This document shows, one piece after another, positions 48,970 through 56,338 of a DNA stretch of 64,000 bases. Position 1 is the first letter of the stretch; the number at the start of each line of letters is the position of its first letter. The notes below the pieces were generated by a model. It did no database searches and was not told the origin of the DNA. It saw nothing but the letters and a program-made list of their open reading frames with translations. The stretch is from NCBI GenBank assembly GCA_964426845.1, contig CAYRSA010000004.1, positions 61,845 through 125,844 on the forward strand, in the 5' to 3' direction. This DNA is from an uncultured Candidatus Saccharibacteria bacterium (GTDB taxonomy: Bacteria; Patescibacteriota; Saccharimonadia; Saccharimonadales; JAGQNJ01). The translations under genes and the position numbers were made by a program.

Positions 48970-50399
48970 AAGACTCGCACCTTTATGGTATCGGTAGTGC
49001 CGACTACACCCGGATAGTGGCCAGAAGCCGTCACGATAATGTCATCTTTTTTGAGAACTTTGTTATTGCGCAACCAATTAGTCAACTTAGTAGCTGCAAA
49101 CTTGTCGACCGGTCGCTGATAGCTCTTAACCCCGTAGACAATAGCCAGCTGGTTAGTCGTGGTTTGATCTGAAGTCACCGCAATAACCGGCTTATTGGGT
49201 CTAAACGAAGCGATCTGAATAGCCGTAGTCCCCGATTTGGTCTCGGCCACAATAGCTTTGGCTCCAACCGTCTTGGCCAGACCGATAATTGCCGCTGATA
49301 TAGCATTGGCCTGGACATCAACATCCTCCAGTTCGGCAAATGAAGCCTTGACTGTCGAATTATTCTGGGTGTATAGGATCACCCGCTTCATCACTTTAAT
49401 GGCTTCAATTGGATACTGGCCGACAGCCGTTTCATCCGACAACATAGTAGCATCAGCACCAACAATGACCGCCGTGGCCACGTCGGAGACTTCGGCTCGG
49501 GTGGGCTCGGGTTGTTCGGTCATGCTAACCAACATTTGCGTAGCCACAATGGTCGGCTTTTTATACTTTCTACCCAAGCCAATTATATGCCTCTGCAAAA
49601 CGGGCACTGATTCCGGTAAAGTCTCCACGGCCAAGTCGCCCCGGGCAATCATCACCGCATCAGTTGCTTGGATAATTTCTTCTAAGTTATCAATGGCGGC
49701 TTTTGTCTCCACTTTAGCAATAATCCGAGCCTTGGAGCCCAGACCTCTCAACAAAGTGCGCAGGTGCTCGATATCCCGAGCCGACTGCACAAAACTCTGA
49801 GCCACGTAGTCAACGTCCTTCATGGAACCAAACGCCAAATCTTTCTTATCCTTGGGCGTGATAACATCGCCCTCAAAGTCGGTGTCCGGCAAGTTTAGGC
49901 CTTTGCGCCTGATCAACATGCCGGCGTTCTCGGCTTTGACATGAACCACACCGTCAATAACGCTAGTTACGACTGTCTCGATTTTGCCGTCAAACATAAA
50001 TATACGATGACCGCGCTTAACTTTCTTGGATAAGTCGTATTGAGTAGGAATCATGCCACTACGCTGATAATCAGCCTGGTATTTGAGCTGCATATTCTGC
50101 CCCGGCTGAATCTGGATTACCCCGTCGAAATCACCTAATCGTATTTTGGGTCCTTGTAAGTCCTGGATTATAGCCACCGGCTTGCCATATTCTTTAGCTG
50201 CTTGGCGGATCCACTTTATTTGCTCTTGATGAGACTCATGGGTGTTGTGGCTAAAATTCAACCGAAAACCGTTAGTGCCCTCTTTGAGCATAGCCAAAAT
50301 AGCTTCGTAGCTGGCCGTAGCCGGCCCAATAGTGGCGATGATCTTGGTCCGCTTAAATTGATTAATAGGTACGCGAGGTACCGTTTTGGTCGTATCCAT
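48966..50399 (-). CDS. pyk: Pyruvate kinase
   Basis: RTKIIATIGP, RLNFSH, DLQGPKIR, AKVE, ARGDL, ATQML, PTRAE. Confidence 0.96.
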   Translation of the reverse strand: MDTTKTVPRVPINQFKRTKIIATIGPATASYEAILAMLKEGTNGFRLNFSHNTHESHQEQIKWIRQAAKEYGKPVAIIQDLQGPKIRLGDFDGVIQIQPGQNMQLKYQADYQRSGMIPTQYDLSKKVKRGHRIFMFDGKIETVVTSVIDGVVHVKAENAGMLIRRKGLNLPDTDFEGDVITPKDKKDLAFGSMKDVDYVAQSFVQSARDIEHLRTLLRGLGSKARIIAKVETKAAIDNLEEIIQATDAVMIARGDLAVETLPESVPVLQRHIIGLGRKYKKPTIVATQMLVSMTEQPEPTRAEVSDVATAVIVGADATMLSDETAVGQYPIEAIKVMKRVILYTQNNSTVKASFAELEDVDVQANAISAAIIGLAKTVGAKAIVAETKSGTTAIQIASFRPNKPVIAVTSDQTTTNQLAIVYGVKSYQRPVDKFAATKLTNWLRNNKVLKKDDIIVTASGHYPGVVGTTDTIKVRVL

Positions 50400-50461
50400 T
50401 ACTGATACTAGTGTACTTGCTTATGCTTAGTCAGTTCAAGGGGGCAATTCAAGTATATTAA

Positions 50462-50590
50462 CTAGGGGCGACCAGTTGGCCTTGGCCTGTTGCCCTGTAG
50501 GCGCGTAGGATTTAAAGGTCCCCATACCCTACTGCCACCGGTTCGGCTTTGTGGGCTTGCTGCTTTAGCTGTTTTCTTCTTTGCTGCCAT
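50462..50590 (-). CDS. Small basic protein (42 aa) MAAKKKTAKAASPQSRTGGSRVWGPLNPTRLQGNRPRPTGRP
   Basis: AAGGGGA SD; TTGACA-17-TAGCAT promoter upstream; below the ORF-track cutoff. Confidence 0.5.
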   Translation of the reverse strand: MAAKKKTAKAASPQSRTGGSRVWGPLNPTRLQGNRPRPTGRP

Positions 50591-50749
50591 TTTGTTCCCC
50601 TTTTTTGTTTTGAGCTTTACAGGTCTATGCTACGCCTCTGTTGCTTATCTGTCAATGTAACTGGTGATCTCAGGGACAGGTTACTTCGCAACCGTTTGCC
50701 TTCGCCTCACGAACGAACCACCTGACGGCGTTCGATAATTCTCTTCGAC

Positions 50750-50789
50750 AATAGCACCACGCAAAACACCCACTTTTGTGGGTGCTATT
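50750..50789 (-). terminator. Hairpin/terminator after tRNA-Glu
   Basis: CACCCAC-AAAA-GTGGGTG followed by TTTT on minus; alternative 9-bp stem AATAGCACC/GGTGCTATT. Confidence 0.55.
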
Positions 50790-50791
50790 CT

Positions 50792-50866
50792 TGGTGATTC
50801 CAAGGGGAATCGAACCCCTATTTCCAGGATGAAAACCTGGTGTCCTAACCGTTAGACGATGGAACC
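50792..50866 (-). tRNA. tRNA-Glu(TTC)
   Basis: GGTTCCATCGTCTAACGGTTAGGACACCAGGTTTTCATCCTGGAAATAGGGGTTCGATTCCCCTTGGAATCACCA cloverleaf with encoded CCA. Confidence 0.97.
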
Positions 50867-50895
50867 AAAATATCTCGGCTAGGCCATTATAACAG

Positions 50896-50926
50896 AGAAA
50901 GACCCCTTTTAGGTAGGGGTCTTTCT
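50896..50926 (-). terminator. Intrinsic terminator-like hairpin downstream of the LPXTG gene
   Basis: Perfect 12-bp inverted repeat AGAAAGACCCCT / AGGGGTCTTTCT. Confidence 0.7.
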
Positions 50927-51027
50927 GTAGGTTTTTGAGCGGTCAGTCAATGCTCTTTTTCTTATCTGCATTAACCTTAGCACATTACCCACGTTTTTGC
51001 TAGTGGTTATCCACAGCGATCCGAGGC

Positions 51028-52089
51028 TTAGTTAAAGCGTCGAGCCAACACGAATCGGTAAGCTAGGCTTCCAGCAACTGATACAGCTGTGAAGATTCCT
51101 AACATGCTACCCATTCCAGTGTCTGGCAAAGTAGTAGTAACTGTTGGAGGAGGAGTAACCACTGGTGGCTTCTCGCCTTCGAATGTTACTTCTGAAGTAC
51201 AGGCCGAACTAGCAACCCACTTAGTCTCACCGTCAGTAAACTTAACTTGTACCCGGCTGACGATCTTGTAAGTACCATCTTTGGCGTACGTGTGCTCGGC
51301 ACTTTGTGAGGTTGAAGTCGAACCATCGCCCCAGTTAATCTCGTAACCGATGATCTGACCGTTAGTAACTCCGCCCTGAACATTAGCAGTTACACGTCGG
51401 TTGTCGTGAACCTGGATACTAACTGCCTTACATACGGCATCTTTTACTGGTGGAGCTTTCTTCTTAACAACTACGTCGATAGCTACAACCTCATGATGAG
51501 CGTTACAGCCTCGCAGTGTACCACCGCGAATGGCGTCTAGGCCAACACCTGTAGTTACTACGCTGTCAGATAGAGGAACTACCGCGTAGCAGCTCTCTGG
51601 TGGGTAATCGAAGCCTGTTTCACAAGCTGGATTTCCGTCAGCAGCACCCTTGTTGTACTTGAACTTAGCTGTACCTGGAATGTATTCGACAGTTGTGCTT
51701 TCAGGGGCAGTGTTTACAGTAGTGGTGTCGCTAATAGTTGGAGCGTTGTCAGCACTAGAAATTCCAGTGATGCCGTGGCTTTGGGCCTCTGTAGAAGGCA
51801 CTACGAAACGAACTTTTACATTGCTAGCTTGAGGGCCAGCTGGGTTTTCACGGTTGTGTTGCCACAACTGAACTCGAACTACGTCGTTGGCCTTAGCGTT
51901 AGTTGTGTCTTTGTATACAGTTTCACCTGCAGTAATGTTTCGTGACTGAGTCCAGCCCTCCCAGGTTATCTGGCTCTGTTGTGCGCTAACTAGCGGCATG
52001 AATACTGCCGATAGAGCGATCGCACTAGTTACAGCAACAGCGACTAAGCCCTTGGCTGAAACCTGCTTGATCTTATTTAGTATGTTCAT
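51028..52089 (-). CDS. Secreted PKD-domain protein with LPXTG sorting signal
   Basis: Signal peptide; YEINWGDG..HTY..DGTY PKD; LPDTG + hydrophobic + RR tail; AAGGAG SD. Confidence 0.85.
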   Translation of the reverse strand: MNILNKIKQVSAKGLVAVAVTSAIALSAVFMPLVSAQQSQITWEGWTQSRNITAGETVYKDTTNAKANDVVRVQLWQHNRENPAGPQASNVKVRFVVPSTEAQSHGITGISSADNAPTISDTTTVNTAPESTTVEYIPGTAKFKYNKGAADGNPACETGFDYPPESCYAVVPLSDSVVTTGVGLDAIRGGTLRGCNAHHEVVAIDVVVKKKAPPVKDAVCKAVSIQVHDNRRVTANVQGGVTNGQIIGYEINWGDGSTSTSQSAEHTYAKDGTYKIVSRVQVKFTDGETKWVASSACTSEVTFEGEKPPVVTPPPTVTTTLPDTGMGSMLGIFTAVSVAGSLAYRFVLARRFN

Positions 52090-52128
52090 GATTTTATTCT
52101 CCTTGAATAGCATTATCGTTAGTTAGTC

Positions 52129-53328
52129 TTACAGGTTACTTGGTGGGCCAGTGCCAGGTGGGTGAGTTGGGGGTACAGTCGAGGTTGTTGTAGGAGGTGG
52201 CGGGATGTAAATAGACGTAGTTGTGGTTGTCGTAGGTGGGTGGTAAATACTTGTTGTGGTGGTGTTACCAGGACCGGGGCCGGGGCCGGGGCCGGGGCCA
52301 GGACCAGGGCCAGGACCAGGGCCGGGGCCAGGGCCAGGACCAGGGCCGGGGTTACAGCTACCGCAAGTGCTGGTTCCGCAGCCTCTACCACCACATGTAC
52401 CATTCTGGTCACCGTTAGTTTCACCGCGATCAGGACCTTGTCCACCTCGGTTACTGCCACCTTCTTGGTTGTCGATAGCTTCAGCTAATTCATCAGATTC
52501 GTCTAATGTGAATGTTCCAGTCTCGATTGGTGCTCCTCTCAAGAATACATCGCCCTCGTCAGCCAATAGAGCCGGTGCAAAACCGTCAATAGGAGTTCCG
52601 TCTCCGGTTTCGCGGCTGGTACTGTTCAAAGCGAATTCTACGCCAGACAGAGGTGCATCATCAGCAATTACTAATTCGGATACTCGCATACCAACAAGTC
52701 GCCAGTTGCCGTCCTCGTCAGTCTCTCGAATAGCTCTAAGGTGAGTTACAGTTTCGCCTCGAGCCCAATCAGTGGTACTTTCACCGGTTTGCCTCATTAT
52801 CTGGTAGGTTCTGGTGCAGTCTTCTCGTGCTATATCTTCACCACCATTAGATCGATATACAGCCAAAGTGTTTTGGAAAGCCTCGCCGACATTGTAATCA
52901 GGGTCAATGCGATCGCCATCTGTGGCCGGGTTAGTGATAGCTGCCACAAAGGCCGCTAGTGAAACGTTATCAATATTATGCCCCAGAGGTCCAACTCCAA
53001 AAAGTTGATTGATTCGTTCAACAGCTGCAGAGTTGTCTTCGGTTGGCTGTTCGGCCATAGGCACAAGTCCTGTTTGAGTCCAATCTTCTAGATTGCCCTC
53101 GGCTCGCACTATGCTCGCGTTGTCACAGTCTTCGCCAGTGTCAACTGTACCGTCAAATTCAGTATCATCAGCAGAGCTAGCGTCATCTCCAGTTAAACGA
53201 TCATATGCAAGTACGCCTCCGGCAATTGTTAGACTGGCTACTGCAAATACTGCTACGGGCTTGGCCATACGGCTCATTAAACCGCGTTGCTCCTCTTGTT
53301 CTACTTGTGGGGCGTGTACTTCTGACAT
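52129..53328 (-). CDS. Acidic membrane-anchored protein with Cys cluster, (PG)14 and Pro/Thr tail
   Basis: GGAGG SD, N-terminal TM, CGGRGCGTSTCGSC, PG repeats. Confidence 0.8.
   Translation of the reverse strand: MSEVHAPQVEQEEQRGLMSRMAKPVAVFAVASLTIAGGVLAYDRLTGDDASSADDTEFDGTVDTGEDCDNASIVRAEGNLEDWTQTGLVPMAEQPTEDNSAAVERINQLFGVGPLGHNIDNVSLAAFVAAITNPATDGDRIDPDYNVGEAFQNTLAVYRSNGGEDIAREDCTRTYQIMRQTGESTTDWARGETVTHLRAIRETDEDGNWRLVGMRVSELVIADDAPLSGVEFALNSTSRETGDGTPIDGFAPALLADEGDVFLRGAPIETGTFTLDESDELAEAIDNQEGGSNRGGQGPDRGETNGDQNGTCGGRGCGTSTCGSCNPGPGPGPGPGPGPGPGPGPGPGPGPGPGNTTTTSIYHPPTTTTTTSIYIPPPPTTTSTVPPTHPPGTGPPSNL
52267..52350. repeat. Hexanucleotide coding repeat, 14 Pro-Gly units
   Basis: 84 nt of NCCNGG units, including (GGGGCC)x4 at 52276-52299 on +. 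Confidence 0.95.
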
Positions 53329-53489
53329 ATTTTCCTCCAGGGCTTTTCTGTAGCCCTTTAACTTCTTAACAAAACTCTTTCAAAACGATCTATCACCGTT
53401 ACTTACATCAGTTTACCACATATTTATGATAATAGCAATACTTTTTTCTAACATTATTTACTATACCTCAAAAAGCTTATGCTAAACAA

Positions 53490-54311
53490 TTAAGCCAGTT
53501 GGCGAATGGCTTCAGCTATCTCTGTGTCAGCAATATCGGCGTCGTAACCATGCCTGTCGCGAGAGGCTACCACGCTGGCAACGCCAGCGCCGGCGGCTTC
53601 TAGGCTGGCAACTATTTCTTCATGTCGCTGTTGTAGCCCGGCGTTGAAGGCTCGCAACTTTCGCTTATTTCTGGGGTCAATCTCGGTCAGGCCCGCCACA
53701 ACAATTGGACGCCTCAAACCCTCGGGTATGCGCCTTTCAAGCGGGTGGTTGAGCTTTACGGCCACCAATGAGTCTTGTACCTGGTCACGACTAAACCGTA
53801 GTTTACCGAAACTACTAATTACAAAGGTTAATCCGTCAAAAACCACTTGTTTTATTGCATCGGCTGTAGCCTCGGGGCTATCAGTATGGATTTTCTTGAC
53901 TTCAAGGTCCAAATCTCTTGGGATGGCATTGCCAATGGCATAAGCCTCGACAACATCTGATATACCTGGTAGGGCCTCGCTAATTGCCTCGCCTATATCT
54001 TCCCCGAGTCTGCGCTTGGCATCAGCGAAAGCTTGGTGCTGCACAGTGCTGGTGTAGTCTGTAACAACGTTAATGTGCAGGGGTTTAACTGGTGAGACCA
54101 CTTTTACTTGATACTCGTCCAAGACCGCAGCCATAGGAGCTAAGTGGTCGATGGCATCGACAGGATCCCTGTCGGGGTTAAAGGCTCGGTAGCCGAGTTG
54201 TAGGCCAGGAACACCGGTCATGAGCGTCGGCGCCATGTGATCACCGACACCCATGGTGCGGTTGGACATAACCTCAGCGAACGCTTCTTCGGTCCTAGGC
54301 AAGTATGACAT
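53490..54311 (-). CDS. DUF58-like protein (MoxR associated)
   Basis: G.H..G.PG..GYRAFNPDRDPVDAID resembles the DUF58 R.Y.PGD...ID motif; directly after moxR. Confidence 0.55.
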   Translation of the reverse strand: MSYLPRTEEAFAEVMSNRTMGVGDHMAPTLMTGVPGLQLGYRAFNPDRDPVDAIDHLAPMAAVLDEYQVKVVSPVKPLHINVVTDYTSTVQHQAFADAKRRLGEDIGEAISEALPGISDVVEAYAIGNAIPRDLDLEVKKIHTDSPEATADAIKQVVFDGLTFVISSFGKLRFSRDQVQDSLVAVKLNHPLERRIPEGLRRPIVVAGLTEIDPRNKRKLRAFNAGLQQRHEEIVASLEAAGAGVASVVASRDRHGYDADIADTEIAEAIRQLA

Positions 54312-54322
54312 TGTAAGTCTCC

Positions 54323-55321
54323 TTAGACTGCCGCAACTATTTCGTCGACAATCTCAGTGGCTTTGCGGCTATCCCGCTGGAGCATACCGGCTTGGGCGCC
54401 AGCAACCAGTCGGATTGAGCGGATTACATCTTCTTCGCGAACCGCTGTTTTGCCTTCAAGAGCAGCGATAGTCATAGCCGCTAGACGGTTGTGCTTACTC
54501 AAGCGCGGGATCGATTCATAGATTCCGTTGGCAGCTAGAACTGCTTTGGTTTTCTTAACCAATGCGCGCGATAGCGGCTTAACGTCACCATTGAGTATGG
54601 TTCCTCCTGTTCGAAGTAAAGCCTGGAAAGCTCGTAGTTCTTCGACTGAAGTAACGGTTTTGATTTGGTCCGGTTGCGGTAACCAGCCGTCATCAATGGC
54701 ATCGTGGATCTGATCTTGCTCGGCTTCTGGTCCATTACCCATCACAGCGCCAATGGCGTGCCGTGAGGCCATGGCCACTGAAACTTCCATGGTTCCTTGC
54801 TTTTTCTCGCCCGGGTTCATAGTTGAGGCAATCCATAGCAAATCTAGGTTTGTTCGGCCGGCCGTTGTATCAAGTGTTCCCGACTCGAAGGCTTCTAGGG
54901 ATGTATTCAGGGTATGAGAGTTACCACGGTTAATCTCGTTAGCCCATATTACTAGACTGCTGGGCTTGATGATTGGCTGAACATTGGATCCTACAACTTC
55001 GTGAGTAGTATTGCCAGCGGCATCTGTAACGTCTTTTTCAAGTTCCACGCGGCCACCAACCAATTCTTTTGGTGTCAAATCTGGCTCTGGAGGTATAGCC
55101 GCAATACGGTCACCATCCAAACCTTCTACTAATAGCGGCAAGTGCTCACCAAGAGTAGTCTTACCACCACCTGGCGAACCAAAAAATACCACATTTAAAC
55201 CCGCAGCCATAGCCACAAGTGCAGCCAATTTGGCTTCTTGCTCATTAATAAGCGTGCGAGCATTAAGCTCAGTCATCGCGTCTGTATAAAATTCGTGAAT
55301 TCGTCCTTCGATATGTCCCAT
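54323..55321 (-). CDS. moxR: MoxR-family AAA+ ATPase
   Basis: GSPGGGKT, PDLTPKELVG, NEINR, ASTMNP; GGAG SD. Confidence 0.85.
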   Translation of the reverse strand: MGHIEGRIHEFYTDAMTELNARTLINEQEAKLAALVAMAAGLNVVFFGSPGGGKTTLGEHLPLLVEGLDGDRIAAIPPEPDLTPKELVGGRVELEKDVTDAAGNTTHEVVGSNVQPIIKPSSLVIWANEINRGNSHTLNTSLEAFESGTLDTTAGRTNLDLLWIASTMNPGEKKQGTMEVSVAMASRHAIGAVMGNGPEAEQDQIHDAIDDGWLPQPDQIKTVTSVEELRAFQALLRTGGTILNGDVKPLSRALVKKTKAVLAANGIYESIPRLSKHNRLAAMTIAALEGKTAVREEDVIRSIRLVAGAQAGMLQRDSRKATEIVDEIVAAV

Positions 55322-55330
55322 AATAACTCC

Positions 55331-56263
55331 TTATTTACTCGTTCTATTTACTAATAATGATAAGCTTCCACGCTGCTTCATATAAGCCAACCAGCTAGTT
55401 GCAAAAAACGCGCCTGTGATTCGCAAGAACCAGTCGGTTTTATCGCCCTCGGCCTTATCTGCTTCGACAGCCGATTCCTGCAGGGAATCTTCTAGGCCAG
55501 CAATAACAGCCTCGGCAGTTCCCTCTTGACGACTGAAGTACTGGCCGCCGGTCTGCTCGGCCAACTCTTCCAGTCCTCTTATGGTTGAATCGCTAGTGTT
55601 CTCGGTTGGGGCTACATTAACTACGCTAATTGGAATGTTGTCTTCTTCGGCTTGACGAATAATTGGCCGGGTGTTCCCGATTCCATGCCCGGCGGTGATA
55701 ATAACTATACCTCCACCATCGGCCTCTGCCCGAGCAATGCGAATATTGTCTAGGCCAGTAGTTGTTGCCAAGCCAATCGGCGCATCTCCCAGGGGTTGAT
55801 GCTGGCGGACTTCGTCAGTTTCGGCCGGCTCAACGGTTCCACCTCTAGCAATAAGAGCTGAGACATCGACACCTTCAGTTTCACCTATCTCACTGGTTAA
55901 TCGGACTGCTCTCTCGTAGGCTTCTCCGTCGTTTAGTATGGTCGCGCCAGACGCATCAACAACTACCTCAACGGCAGCTGGTTTGGTCTGACTGTCGGCT
56001 GGAGGACTCCAGGCATAGGCGTTTAGAGCCGCAGTTACCCCAGTGAATACACCAACCATCGCTGCTCCCACAGCCCTGCTAGTCCGGGTTGGCGGGTTTG
56101 GCAGGTCTACCATGGCGTCTTCGCTCAAAACTAAACGCTCTTCTTGATCCTGGCGCTGATGCTTAAGTTCAAGTCCAACGCCTAAAACAAAACCAGGCAC
56201 GGCCGCTACATACGGCACGTAAGCTGCTGTGAATTCAATTGTCTCACCTATGGGTCCTGGCAT
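55331..56263 (-). CDS. Membrane vWA-domain protein (BatA-like layout)
   Basis: Two N-terminal TM, VVVDASGA, VIITAG, LEELAEQTGGQYF, C-terminal TM. Confidence 0.75.
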   Translation of the reverse strand: MPGPIGETIEFTAAYVPYVAAVPGFVLGVGLELKHQRQDQEERLVLSEDAMVDLPNPPTRTSRAVGAAMVGVFTGVTAALNAYAWSPPADSQTKPAAVEVVVDASGATILNDGEAYERAVRLTSEIGETEGVDVSALIARGGTVEPAETDEVRQHQPLGDAPIGLATTTGLDNIRIARAEADGGGIVIITAGHGIGNTRPIIRQAEEDNIPISVVNVAPTENTSDSTIRGLEELAEQTGGQYFSRQEGTAEAVIAGLEDSLQESAVEADKAEGDKTDWFLRITGAFFATSWLAYMKQRGSLSLLVNRTSK

Positions 56264-56272
56264 AACCCGTTT

Positions 56273-56301
56273 ATATTACATTATCCTTGTGCTTATGTCA
56301 A
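56273..56301 (-). promoter_or_regulatory. Promoter of the vWA-moxR operon
   Basis: TTGACA-17-TAATAT. Confidence 0.6.
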
Positions 56302-56338
56302 GTACTTTGTATTGAATAATAGCTGTGGTCCGGGGTGG

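Noticed and set aside
50530-50541. 12-nt identity (CCGGTGGCAGTA on minus) with the tmRNA T-arm
   Set aside because: No acceptor stem or CCA, and it lies inside a plausible small ORF; probably chance.
51007-51015. Perfect DnaA box TTATCCACA as a sign of oriC
   Set aside because: One perfect box plus one weak match, no dnaA/dnaN, and no change in gene orientation at this point.
52119-52744. Alternate-frame and antisense ORFs with PG, LA or GQ repeats
   Set aside because: Artefacts of the stop-free hexanucleotide repeat; only the 399-aa frame has an SD and a coherent architecture.
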